DNA from: Hydrurus foetidus
Taxonomy: Eukaryota
Assembly: GCA_900617105.1 (NCBI GenBank)
Contig: UYFQ01000332.1
Location: 1 to 44,941 of the forward strand
Direction: 5' to 3'
DNA: 44,941 bases
The position numbers and the translations under genes are program-made. Of the stretch, positions 11,112-23,772 are shown one piece after another; the stretch's first letter is position 1, and every line of letters starts with the position of its first letter. The notes beneath the pieces are model-generated. The model had not been told where the DNA came from and ran no database searches. It saw nothing but the letters and a program-made list of their open reading frames with translations.

Positions 11112-11800
11112 CCCGTATCTACTCGTTCCGCTTTCTACTACCTGGCCCTCTACTACCATCCATCTATTTAGCTAGATTTCTGTCCACGCGGCCCACCGAG
11201 TTGTCAGAAGTCCTTCCAAAGCATTTGGTTGGAGAACTTAGGATCGGAAGCAAACGTTGTCAATCAAACGACACGTTTCGCATAACCCAGCGACATCGGT
11301 GAAACATACGTATCCCCTATCTGAATTTCAAAAGCCGATCAAGACTTTCAAGCCCAAGGAAACTCAAGGAGCTTTCAAGATTTTCAAAGGAGGAAATCAA
11401 GATCTTCACGGATACCCGATTGCCACATCGGTTGCCAGCTCTAAGCCGTTTCGACGCCAGCTGAAGAACAGAAGTCAATTCCTGTTTGAAATAGGTATCC
11501 CCCATCTGAATTGCAAAAAACTTCGTGGGCAATCATCAGCAGAACTTCAAGCCTGTTTTCAAGACTCAGAGCAGCCATCACCTGCTACTTTGGATCGGAT
11601 TTCAAGTGCTCCTTGCTGAAGACTTCTGATATTTTCTTACCTGCTTATTTTGCTAATCCCAATCGATCAGACACTTGTCCAACCGATACGACACGAGGCA
11701 AACCTCTTGCAATTTTTTTTTCAAGAGGAAGAGATCTTAAAGGAATTTCATCAAGAAGCACTCCGATCAAAGCCGCCTGCTTAGCAGCTCTTCAGACAAG

Positions 11801-13298
11801 ATGACACCAGAGCAACCGCTGCCAACTCCCTCCCCTCCTCCAGAGATACCAGAGATAACAGAGATAACAGAGGAGGAAATCAGGAGGTTCGCGTAAACAG
11901 GGAATGCGGAGCCTTCAAGCCCGGTGAATGAACTCAACCTTTCATTAACATCAAGGGGAGGAGAGACCCAGAACTCCCTGGCTTCGTCCATAACCAAAGC
12001 TCTTTCTTTCAACAAGAAACTCTTTGTGTTACAGCTCGGATCAAGCAGAGAGGTTCCTCGCACAGGCTGTCACCATGGGCGACTCCATCGACATCCAACA
12101 GACGATGACAGAAGCGGCCATGGATACGCTGGACATGATAATCCGGTGCGATCCTTCGCTGAAGGTCCTGAACAAGTCGGAGGTATCCCTGTGGAGGACA
12201 AGACTGTCACACCTTCAAATCGCCCGTCTCGTCAGCCAGTACTTTGGCAAGAGACACGATGAGAAAAAGACCCTGGCTGGGGTGTTCTCCAAAGTCAAGT
12301 TCCAGTACTGCATTGATAATGAAGATCATGAGATACTGATGATGGCGGATTACAAGGAGGTCATCAAGGGGTACACCCGTACGGTGGGGGAGATCACTGA
12401 GGAACAGCAGCGAGACCTCATCAAGATCTTCGAGAAGCGTGTCGCGGCGGAAGAGTCCCAGATCCGCCACGACTACTTCGACATATAGAAGGCAGACAAA
12501 GTCGAGAGGATGGTCGCGTTCGTATCGAACCCCAACAACCCTGAGACCGACGGCAAGACACTCGCAGTCGCACGCCAAGCGTTGTTCAAGGTAGCTCAGT
12601 ACGGCGATACCTCCATCGTCCACACCTTCCCACCCACTAGCGTCAAGTCTACGGCATCAGCGTTGGGATGGTCAGCTCCCAGCAACTCTGCTGCGTCAGC
12701 CTCCACCCGTTCGACGTCGGACCTAGTGCAACACAGGAGCGAGCGCCGAACGTACAACTTGGATCCGGCTGAATGCCAGTGCTGCGGTTTCGCAACACAC
12801 CGTGTAGCCGACTGCCCCTTCAAAGGCTTACATGACACGAACAATCAACACCACGTGCTATGGAGCGAGTCTACCGTGGGAAAGGCATGGATGGCAGAGG
12901 GTCATGACACCTTCGTGGAGCATCTGTCTCTTCCAGGGTGGGAGCTTCGTCGGAAGAAACGCGCGGAGGAGTCCTCAGAGGATGCTGATACTTCAAAACG
13001 TGTCCGTTACAACAGCGAGTCTGAGGACGACCGTCCCGCACGAGACCGACGCACGCAGCAGGAGCGGGAGAGAGATGACCGCGATCTGAACGAACGCAAA
13101 GCACGCAAGCGACGCGCAGACCGTCGCCGTTCTTCCAACCGCGAACGCAGTCGTGACAGAGACGATGACCGCCGAGACAGTCGTAAGTACGACAGCAAGA
13201 AAGGAGGGAACAGGGATCACGCCACAACAGAGCCAGGGGCACCTTCCAGCCTAGGAGCAGTTCCCAACCAAGATCCAACAAAGGGAGTAAGTCTCTAG
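11801..13298 (+). pseudogene. Gypsy-1 gag
   Basis: ORFs 12024..12488 and 12510..13298 are in the same frame, split by one TAG. They contain the CCHC knuckle CQCCGFATHRVADC and an R/D/E-rich tail. The N-terminus from ATG 11801 has a stop and a frameshift. Confidence 0.8.
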
Positions 13299-13357
13299 CG
13301 ACTGTAGACTCTGTCCATGCACTCGCGCCTGCATCTGACATTGTTGCTGCCATACAG

Positions 13358-16300
13358 CCGCTTACTGCGTTACCTGCACTTTCAGTTGTCTTACCCATCC
13401 CCGTACGTACGGATCTTGTACCCTCGGATGTGCAACCTCCCATCTCGACTGATCCGACTGATTAGCTTTCTTGAAATATCTTTGCTGTACAGCGTAAAGA
13501 CACTCAAGACGCGGTAATGGACCATTCGAAACAAGTCGAGGAAGCTTTCCAGGGAACTTCATCTCGCGTGACTGCCTAGTCAGGATGAATGCACTGCCAT
13601 ACATTTATACCTCACCTGTTTCCATGACTGTATGCAGTGGCCTGGATCGCACCTGTTATCTGAGTGTCAATGTTGTAGACATAGGCATCATTTTTTAATC
13701 ACACGATGATATAATACACACGGTGTACTTCACGGTAAACGTTAACCCTGATCAAGAAATCGATTTAATTGTGGGTCGGACAACCCTAGCGCTAAATAAT
13801 TTTAACATTTTGACACCATCCGCTTTGGGTTTCAAAACACCGTCCGCACCACAACTGCCACCTCTAGCGGCAAAAATGCCCGTCTCAGATAAACCGGATA
13901 AGCCCCCTAAGGATTATTCGCGTAAGACAGCCAAAGCGAAACCTCTTACCTTTAAGGTGAATGCTTCGACACCGGTTGTCGCTGAACCGAAGACGTTGCC
14001 AGCGCGTACTTCTGAGAAGTTGAACCCCTCACAGCGCAAAGGAAAGAGCGAAACTCGCTGAGAAGATGAAGGCTAAGTATGGTCCCACACCGTCTACCAT
14101 AGACCATGTCGTTGCATCTTTGGTACCCGACACCGACACTCAGCCGACTATATGCTCGCCAGATTGTAAGTGTGCAGCCCACAACGGTCTTGCTAACCGC
14201 CCGGCTCGTGGCAACGAGGGTCGTCAGCTTCCAGGCAACGTAGTTGCTGCCTTGGCTGTACGTACGGACGATACACCGCGTCCGGGTGTCGACCCCCCTC
14301 ACACCCCTTCGCACACACCACTTACAGAAAGCGAAGATATTCTCCACCCTGTCTGCGTTAAGCCCAGTGGTATCATAGCCTCCGTCGATGAGATTGATAA
14401 GGAGAAAGTCGACACCTTCGGTGCTTTCTTTAGCAACAACAAGGGACCTCATAGAGTGGAGGACGACACCCAAGCTTTCCTGCAACAATTTGCGTTCGCT
14501 GGTAGTGAGACCCAGGTACACAGATTAAAAGATCTTGTCATGGAGTATCGAGACATCTTCAGCGATGTGCTCGCAGAAAGAGCCGCGGACCTAACACCGT
14601 TCTGGTTTAACGTGGAGGAACCACTGTGGGAGACCCCAGGGAACCGGACCCCGTGTCGACCCCAGTCAGTCAAGAACAACATCGAGATAAAGAAAGCTAT
14701 CACCACGATGCTTGCTGACGGCGTCATTGAGAAATCAAACGCCTTGTATTACAGTCACCCCGTGATTGTACAGAAGACAGAGGATAAGGTGTGGGTCTGC
14801 ATCGACTACAGGAACCTAAACGATTGCATCAAGCCCGCCAGCTGGCCCCTCCCTAACATTCGCGAGCTATTCGAAAGAATAGGACACAACAAACTGACTG
14901 TGTTTGGTGTCATGGACCTGACTGCGGGATACCATCAGGCCCCACTATACCCACCGCACCGAGTGTTCACCGCATTCCTGTGTTTTTGCGGTTTGTACCA
15001 ATTTACACGGTTACCGTTCGGACCGAAACGGGCCCCCTCCTACTTCCAGGAGCAAATGGTCACCAAAGTCCTTCAAGGCTTACTGTACGTCTCCTGTGAG
15101 ATGTACTTAGACGACTGCATTGTCTATGCATCGAATGAAGATCAGTTCCTTACCAGACTGAAGGAGGTATTCCAGCGCTTCCGAGAGCGCGGCCTTCTCT
15201 CAAGGCTAAGAAGTGCAAATTTGGCTTGCCCCAGATAGAGTATGTCGGGCGCGTCATCTCTAAGGAAGGACTATCTATGTCGATGGTCAAGATCCAATCG
15301 GTACTCAACTTTGAAAAACCGCGGAACCTCCACGCACTAAGATCCCTATTGGGACTGGCGAACTATTTCCGGGGATTCGTACCGAATCACCCTTTAATAG
15401 TAAAGCCACTTCAGGACATGATCGACCACAAAGGCAAAAAGAACTCACCACTAGTCTGGACACAGGGGAGTTCCGACGCGTTCCAGGCTATCCGGGAAGC
15501 CATCTCGCACTGTCCGCTCATGCACTTTCTGGACGACACTGACGCACCTATATGGCTGTATACGGACGCCTCCGACTACGGTATAGGCGGTGTTTTGTTC
15601 CAAATCGTCGACGATATTTGGCGTCCAGTATCGTTCGTCAGCAAGTCCTTCAACGCTACCCAATCTCGTTGGTCAACGATACAGAAGGAGGTATACGCAA
15701 TCTTCCATTGCTACCAACAGATGGAGACTCTCCTCCGCGACCGGGTGTTCACTATACACACAGATCACCTCAATCTCACGTATATGAACAACAACCCCAA
15801 TTCAATGGTAACTCGCTGGTCCATAGCGATGCAAGAACTGGACTTCAAAATCCATTTCGTGCCAGGGGCAGACACCTTGTCACGCCTGTGTCCCAACCTC
15901 ATGGAACTAGCCATGAATTACACCCCTAGGGTTATGGACGCTCCGGGTTTCATCGTAGCAGCACTCACCACCTGCCCACTCACTTCGGAGGAAGAATCAG
16001 AGTGGATGGAGCAAGCCCACCATTTCCGCATCAGCCACGGCGGCGTAGACCGCACGATGCATAAGCTGGGCCTCATGGGCCGTTCTTGGCCGTACATGCG
16101 CAACCACGTCCGGTTATTCGTACGATATTGTCCGTGCTGCCAGAAGATGACTGCAGTACGCATTCCAATCAACGCACACAAGTTCACGACAGCGGGCGAG
16201 ATACTTTTCGACGTCCTCAACATCGACTTCATCGGCGCCTTCCCCGACGGCACACATGTGCTTGTCATCGTCGACTCATTCTCAAGATGGACAGAGCTGT

Positions 16301-17286
16301 TCCACTGCAAGGACAGTACGGCGGAGTCAGCATGCCGCTGTCTTTTGGAACACTTCGGTCGTTTCGGTTCACCCAACCTTATACGTTCCGACCGGGGACC
16401 ACACTTCGCTAACGAACTTATTGAGAAGTTTCTACTGGCGGTTGGAACACCGCACAACCTCACACTGGCCTATTCAAAGGAGGAGAACTCCATCGTGGAG
16501 CGGGTCAACAAAGAGGTCAACCGCCACCTACGCTCGTTTGTGTTCGAGACACTCGGGATGGACCAGTACAAGCTCTGCCTCCGCTTCGTCCAACGGATCA
16601 TGAACAGCTCAGTTCATGGCTCCACAGGAGTGTCACCGGGTAACCTACTCTTTGGCAACCGCCTCGATTTGAACAGAGGCATCCTCACTCCCTTTCAACA
16701 AGCTCTCCCATCAAAGACGCCGGGCTCACGCATCATGGCGGACATGATTAACGCTCAGGATACAGCGCACAGAACAGTTCAAGAAATGGCGCAAGAGAAC
16801 GCGGCACAACGCTTAACGGATCAGCCGGATCTAACCGTATTCCCCATCGGTTCGTACGTACTAGCTCAGTACGCTACAGGCCCACCTACGCGACTACACA
16901 CACGCTGGCAAGGACCGATGGAGGTTATCACCGATCGAAATTCAGAGTACGTACTCTTGAACATCGTCTCTCAGAAGAATAAAAGGATCCACGCTTCAAA
17001 GCTCAAGATCTTCCTGTACGATCCGGCCAAGATCGAACCAATGGACTCAGCTCGCCGCGACTACATGGAGTTCTACATCGAGGCGATCACAGCGCATAAA
17101 GACAAAACCAAAAAGGTCTCCACATTGACTTTCCTCGTCAAGTGGCTTAATTATAGTGAGGAACACAACTCATGGGAGCCATGGAGTGCTCTGAGACTCA
17201 CGCACCAGCTGCACACCTACCTCAAGATCGCCGGACTGAAGGCGCTGGTTCCATACAACCTGCGTGGCGAAGATATGCCGGTGTGA
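13358..17286 (+). pseudogene. Gypsy-1 pol (protease remnant, RT, RNase H, integrase, chromodomain)
   Basis: RT: VCIDYRNLN, MDLTAGYHQ, LPFG, YLDD. RNase H: YTDASDYGIG, TDHLNL. Integrase: H-x4-HGG...CPCC, DFIG, SDRG, VERVN. Chromodomain: FLVKWLNYSEEHNSWEPW. Frameshift near 15200; protease region disrupted. Confidence 0.93.
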
Positions 17287-17570
17287 AATTTTGCTCATAA
17301 TTTAGCCAATTTTTCACCCTACGTGGGTTTTACGGTTTTAGTCAGTGGAACCTGACATACTCACACTCGGTCAAGATCGCTGCTGTCGGACGCACGGACA
17401 CTCCCAAGGCGGACCTAGTTCCAAACTCTCTTTTAGATAAGTTATTTGCATCATTTTTAACACTCTTGATGTATTTTTCTGCTTTAATGTTAGTTCGATT
17501 TTTCTAATCTTAGTTACAATTAAGTGATGCAAAAAGAGAGAAGCGAGACTTGGGTCCTTTCCGAAAGGTG

Positions 17571-17583
17571 TAAGTGGGGGTAA
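17571..17583 (+). promoter_or_regulatory. Polypurine tract of Gypsy-1
   Basis: TAAGTGGGGGTAA immediately before the 3' LTR. The same sequence precedes the Gypsy-3 LTR. Confidence 0.8.
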
Positions 17584-17720
17584 TGTGATGGTACAGGATT
17601 TAGTACCACATTCCTACCCTTCGTAGTACCGTATAGCCGTTTGTACATGTGGCTGAGAGTCCTTCTGACATCTCGCAGCTTGTTAGCTTACCTTACAACT
17701 CTTGCATGCAGAGTTTTACA
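17584..17720 (+). repeat. Gypsy-1 3' LTR
   Basis: Identical to 10975-11111. Confidence 0.9.
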
Positions 17721-17915
17721 CCTCTGCAAGCTCACCCACTCTTTCTCGTTGTAAGCCAAAACTACCTCTCTGCACCTTCCTAGCGTCATTTGGACTACAG
17801 CTGCAAATTTTAGCTCATCTGCTGTTCCGCACTTTCGAACTGCCATCCAACTCAATCGAGACCGAGCCTAAAATCTTGCCTCAAAATTTTACCTAGATCT
17901 GACCCAAGTGAGTTG

Positions 17916-18231
17916 TGTTGGAGTATCCGGGGAAAGACACTGCTGTAGTTGTATAGTATATGTATGGATCCCGACGGACTGCGGCGTGCATCATAGCGCG
18001 CGTACCGCTGACCGTTGGATGTGTGGGCTCGTGGAGCCATCCATTCACCTGTCTTCAACATGGGTGAAAACGTGCAATTGTCTTGATATGTAAAGCTTCG
18101 TTGCCGTCTTGATTGATGCCGGTGCACAAGTTTAATTATCAAGTAATTACGCAAATACAAGTCCATTTTACGAGCCTTGGGTCACCGGTCTTCGCGAGTG
18201 CGAAGCATCCGGATTTAGAGAATCCCCAACA
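17916..18231 (+). repeat. Copia-B 5' LTR
   Basis: Direct repeat of 23188-23504 with terminal inverted TGTTGG/CCAACA. Confidence 0.95.
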
Positions 18232-18258
18232 TAATTGAACTAGATCAGCGCATTGAGA

Positions 18259-21200
18259 ATGCCGCCGAAGAAAGAAGAGGAACCAACGAAGTTTGGACGC
18301 CAGAACAACGTGGTGCAATTGAAGGAAGACATGCAGAACGAGGCATGCGGCCTGTACGGTATGACCGGCATGTTCTTCAGCACCAATAGACACTACGTCC
18401 AAACGTATCCTCGAGAGGAGGATTACAATCTCACCTTCCAAACGGTGGATACAGATGACCCGACGGCGGGTATCGAAAACGAGGAAGATGAAGACGGATC
18501 CGTAGACCCCGACGATGTCATGATCGGACCACAGCTTCCTCCACTAGCGCCTACCGTGTACTCAGAGGCACTCATAGACAAACTGCGAGCCAGTGCGTTC
18601 GAAGGACGGCGCAGGGCAGTCGAGACTCAAAGAACCGATGAGCAAAAACTGTGGTCGCTCATGTGGTCGAGGATGTCCACAGGATCCAAATCCAAAGTGC
18701 GCGAGGAGCCAGAGTTCGAGTCGTGTCGCCTCAGACTGGACAGCGTTCAGCTGTGGGAGTTCATCCGCAGGAGTCACTTAACCCACATATACGGTGAAGA
18801 TGACTCAATGAGAGCGGTGAATATCCACGAACAGACGCTGAGGTACAACTACCTCAGACAGGGTGAGCGTGAGTATATAGGCGATTTTAAAACGTGATTC
18901 GATAACCAGGTATTAGCCAACAAGGGTGTGGGTATGACTGAAGTGGAAGAATCGATAAGAGCTATCGACTTCCTCAGTAAGTTAGACCCTAAAAGGTATA
19001 CCGGTATGTTAACATTTATGCGTAATAACGCTGTACAAAACATACCAAACAGTTACCCTTCCACCTTAGCCGGAGCATACAGGGTAGCGTCATCTTGGAC
19101 CAACGCCGGCGGCGGAGTCCCCCTCGGAGCCGAGCAACATTCTGCATTCCTGACCGACAATTTGCCTACAACAAAGGAAAAAGTCCCGGGAAAGGGTTCG
19201 AAAGATAAGACAGCTGCAACAAAGAAGAAATTATCGTCAGTGATTTGCTTTATATGCGGAAACGCTGGGCACTTCGCGAAAGACTGCTAAAAACGCAAGC
19301 TCGGAGAGCATGCTCTGCTTGCGGCGACTGGAGAAGAGATAGAAGACGACGATGAGAGCATCGAAGCAGCCTTCGTCACGACGGATGAGACCGCACTATT
19401 CACTAGGAGCCACGTGTTGCTTGACAATCAAGCCTCCGTCAACGTATTTTGTAATCCGGGACTCCTGTCTAACATCCGGAAATCGAGGCATGCGATCCTC
19501 CTCAACGGAGTGCAGCTCGGCGCAGCGGGTGTGCGAGTCAATCAAGAAGGTTACTTCGAAGAGATCGGACCTGTATACTACAGCAGCGGAGCCACTGCCA
19601 ATATACTATCCTTCGCAGCGATGGCGGATAGCGGTGCAGAAATCCGATACAAACACGAAGAGGGATGCTTCATCTTGAGACCAGTGGGCAGCAAGACGAC
19701 GTACGTCTTTAGCAGACAGGACCTGCCGGGTTCAGCAGGACGATTCTATGTGTACGATGCAAGCGACATCGCGAGACAGAAGCAGTCTCGCGAAGTCATC
19801 GAGAGAGCGCTAGTTACTACGGTCCAGGACAACATGCGGAAGTTCACGAAACGCGAGATCGCGTCAGCAGTTGAGGCCAGGGAACTGCTCGCTCGTATGG
19901 GATACCCTCCAGTTGAAATGGCGATCGCTGTGATCCGAGGGGGAAACAACTTCCGCGTCTCGGAGGCAGATTTCCGGAACGCCCATACAATCTGGGGCAA
20001 ATGCCTCGCAAGCATGCGTGGCAAAACTCATAAAAAGTCATCGCCCAAGGCCGACATTTCACTAACACCTGCGCCAGCACAACAGCAGCAAGTTCTAAGT
20101 GTGGACATCATGTATCTGGAGACCACAGCAATACTTATTGCAGTATCAACCCCTCTGGATATGACCCTCGCAGTGAGCCTCATTCGACTCGACACTGGAA
20201 AGACCTCTCGACAAGCGGCAGTGGTAAAGCCCTCATTATGTGAGATGATATCCATACTCAAATCTAGGAACTTCTTAGTGCATGTTATCATGTCTGACGG
20301 GGAAGGTGCTATCGGAAAAATGAGGTCTGATCTGATGGCACTAGGAATCGAGGTTGATGTGTCTGCAGCTGGCGGACATGTTGCAAGAATCGAAAGGCGA
20401 ATTCAGATGGTAAAGGAGCGTGCACGCGCTCACATATGCGGCAGACTCCCATTTACACTAACCGACCTGGGTAATTCATATCTAGCACTATACTGCGTCT
20501 CTCGTATCAACTGTCAACAGTCAGGCTCAAGGCCGGGGGGACTCTCCCCAAGAGAATTGTTTTCGGGAAGGCGGGTTGATGGGACCCTGGACTTCCGCGC
20601 GGGATTCGGAGACTATGCCGTTTGTACTGTACCTAACACAGATAACACAATGACATCACGTACTGAAGACTGTATTGTCATGCTACCCACACACAGCAGG
20701 ACTAGCTCATTCAAGATGCTGTCACTCGCCACTGGCAGGATCGTTACAAGAGATTAGTTCAAGATCCTGCCCATGCCACAGTCGGTTATTGCGACACTGA
20801 ATGCCATGGCGATCAGGGAAGGGAAGAAAATCACACAAACTAAACTACATGTGTTTGATGAATTACTATTCGCCAACAGCCTCGACAAGTCTAACCTGCC
20901 AACCTTCATTACCAACCCCCCCACTCAGGATGCCCCAGCCAACGAAATCGAGATACCACCTCAACCAACACTCGTCGACTTACCTTCAGCTGACATCTTC
21001 GAGACTCCACCTTCTGATGTGGGGGGGTAGCATCCGCAGCCGACACAGCAGCAGTACCAGACGAAATCAGAATTTTGGAACTCGAACCAACTGGGGTGAG
21101 CGCACAAGACGAACTTACCCCACCACCGCCACCTCCCACACCTCCATACGAACCTACACTTCCAGACGACATCCCGGACTACACACTCCCACTAGACAGC

Positions 21201-23043
21201 GAGCCAATACCACAACCATTGCAACCGACAGTGAGAGAGCAGCGCAAGGTGGCAGCGCCAACTGAGAGAATGGTGACCAGGTCATCACGAGCGAGTGAAG
21301 ATGCATTCGTGACTACAGATACCGGCATCGCACAGAGAGCAGTTAGTACAACTGCGTCAATCCACAGCGTGGACGAGGTGCTACAGCGTCATCGGGACGA
21401 GATGATCAACTGCAATACAGCGAACATCAGCGTCAAGGAGGCGTTCCGCACAAGGGGTGATGAAGCCAAGCGGGTGATAGTATCAGAGCTGAAACAGATG
21501 CTGGATAAAAGGGTATGGGTGCCAGTGATGGGGGGAAAGCTGTCAGCAATGCAGAGGGCAACGACAATCAGATCCTCGATGTTCCTGAAGCAGAAGAATA
21601 ACCCAAACGGGAGCTTCCACAAACTCAAGGCTAGGCTGGTCGCAGGCGGCGACCAGCAGGACAAGAGCCTTTACGAAGATTTATCTTCACCAACAGTGTC
21701 AACCAGCGCGGTGTTCACCCTGTTGGCCATCGCAGCACACGAGAAGCGTGCAGTTGCGGTCGTCGACATCAGCGGAGCTTACCTCAATGCAGACATGGCG
21801 TTGGGAACTCCGGTACACATGCGGCTCGACCGTACTATGTCGGACCTCATCATCGGCATCGACCCGACGTACAGTAAGTACACAGACGCGAGAGGCGGGG
21901 TCACAGTGCATTTGAAGAAAGCCCTCTACGGGTGCGTTGAGAGTTCCGGATTGTGGTACGAGAACCTACACTCGACTATGGTAGGGCTAGGGTACATACG
22001 AAATATCTGCGATAAATGCGTAACCGGACCTAACCGGCCCGGACGGGCACCAGTGTACCGCCGCAGTCCACGTCGATGACTTGTTCATATCGAGTGCGAG
22101 CAAGATTTCCATCAGCCATCTTGTAGATGGACTGCGCACGAGGTACGGTGCGATTACCTTATTACATGGACCTTCTATAAACTATCTTGGTATGGCAATA
22201 GACATGCATGTACCAAGTTAGGCGATGATCACCACGACAGGATATAGTGACGAGATCGTCAAAGTATTAGGAGTAAAGGGAGTCGCGAGATCACCGGCCA
22301 CGGAGGGACTGTTCGAGACAAGAGAAGGAGCGGCGCTCGTCGGCGAGCCAGTGCGAGTATGGTTCCACAAGATTGTCGCCATGGTGCTATACCTGGCCAA
22401 GCGCACCAAACCCGAATGCCTGGTTGCAGTGGCTTACCTGGCCACTCGAGTCCACAAGTGCACACTAGACGACGTGGAGAAACTTCAAAGACTAGTACGG
22501 TACATACACGCTTCGAGGGACAGCGGCGTAGTGCTGCGGCCTGGTGCAGCGGGGATATCAGTGAGGCTTTTCGTAGACGCATCCTATGGGGTGCACAGCG
22601 ACGGACGGTCACACACAGGGAGCTGCGTTGTCATCGGGGACGTCGGGGCAGTGCACTGCAGATCATCGAAACAGCTCATTGTAACGAAGTCGAGTACGGA
22701 GGCCGAGCTCGTAGGCCTCTCTGACTCGGCCAATCAGAGCATATTCATCCGCACTTTTCTCATTGCACAGGGTTACAAGATGAAGCCGGTCACCATCTAC
22801 CAAGACAACCAGTCCTGCATGGCACTGGTGGAGCGCGGAAGGTCCGGAGCCGAACGCACACGCCACATCCAGATCAGATACTTCTGGGTCAAGGAGCGGG
22901 TGGACACCGGCGAAGTGCGAGTGGAGTACTTACGTAGTGAAGACATGTACGCGAACGTACTGACGAAGCCCCTCCAGGGATCGCAGTTCACAAGAGAGAG
23001 AGATGGACTCACGGGATGGGGCGCAGAGAACTCAAAGAAATAA
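18259..23043 (+). pseudogene. Copia-B gag-pol polyprotein with nonsense and frameshift lesions
   Basis: Collinear with the intact ORF 31522..36276. Stops at 18895, 19288, 20755 and about 22219, plus several frameshifts. Motifs CFICGNAGHFAKDC, LLDNQAS, KLKARLVAGG and SSTEAEL. Confidence 0.95.
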
Positions 23044-23187
23044 GGGTGCCAGCGACATAGACGACGAGGCGCCTACACCATTTAGTTAGATATTAATGCA
23101 TGCAAATCAATTCACACTTTTACTCTTATTGCTGACATGAAAACATATTGTTGCCTGGATGCTCAACTACTGCGTGCCTGTTGGGTG

Positions 23188-23504
23188 TGTTGGAGTGTCC
23201 GGGGAAAAGACACTGCTGTAGTTGTATAGTATATGTATGGATCCCGACGGACTGCGGCGTGCATCATAGCGCGCGTACCGCTGACCGTTGGATGTGTGGG
23301 CTCGTGGAGCCATCCATTCACCTGTCTTCAACATGGGTGAAAACGTGCAATTGTCTTGATATGTAAAGCTTCGTTGCCGTCTTGATTGATGCCGGTGCAC
23401 AAGTTTAATTATCAAGTAATTACGCAAACACAAGTCCATTTTACGAGCCTTGGGTCACCGGTCTTCGCGAGTGCGAAGCATCCGGATTTAGAGAATCCCC
23501 AACA
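23188..23504 (+). repeat. Copia-B 3' LTR
   Basis: Direct repeat of 17916-18231. Confidence 0.95.
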
Positions 23505-23772
23505 AGTTGGAATAGGATCAAATACAGTAGAAGACTGAAATAGTTACACCAAACTGTACCGTACGGTCATACTGTACGACAAACTACGGCCAATATAAAT
23601 TATAAATCGGACTGTTGATCGGAAACGGTAAACGGTCGTTTTCAAAAACATCAGCGAAGTAGTGTAGCAGAGCACGAGGACAAGCTAAGAGCTGGTGCTC
23701 ATGCTCATTGATATATAACACATCTCATTTATAACAGCACGATGTCACTACATAAAAGGGGTTGATGTCATA

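Larger units (their letters stand above)
10975..17720 (+). mobile_element. Gypsy-1: Ty3/gypsy chromovirus-type LTR retrotransposon, defective
   Basis: Two identical 137-bp TG...CA repeats, with gag-PR-RT-RH-IN-chromodomain order between them and a PPT before the 3' repeat. No matching TSD (AGCTG versus CCTCT). Confidence 0.93.
17916..23504 (+). mobile_element. Copia-B: full-length, coding-defective Ty1/copia element (resembles diatom CoDi-type elements)
   Basis: LTRs of 316 and 317 bp, TGTTGG...CCAACA, differing by 2 substitutions and 1 indel as read. 5-bp TSD AGTTG at 17911-17915 and 23505-23509. Confidence 0.96.

Noticed and set aside
18119..18127. CCGGTGCAC in the Copia-B LTR matches the right junction of the TIR element (3937-3945)
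   Set aside because: Only 9 bp including a palindromic hexamer; no further TIR similarity.
18895..22221. Alternative genetic code to explain the many in-frame stops
   Set aside because: All three stop types occur, at positions where Copia-C has different sense codons (Arg, Glu, Gln), and Copia-C is fully open in the standard code. These are mutations.
23510..23600. Possible distal TIR of the first Harbinger (...AAACTACGGCC)
   Set aside because: No matching inverted copy or TWA duplication could be found near 8860-9020.
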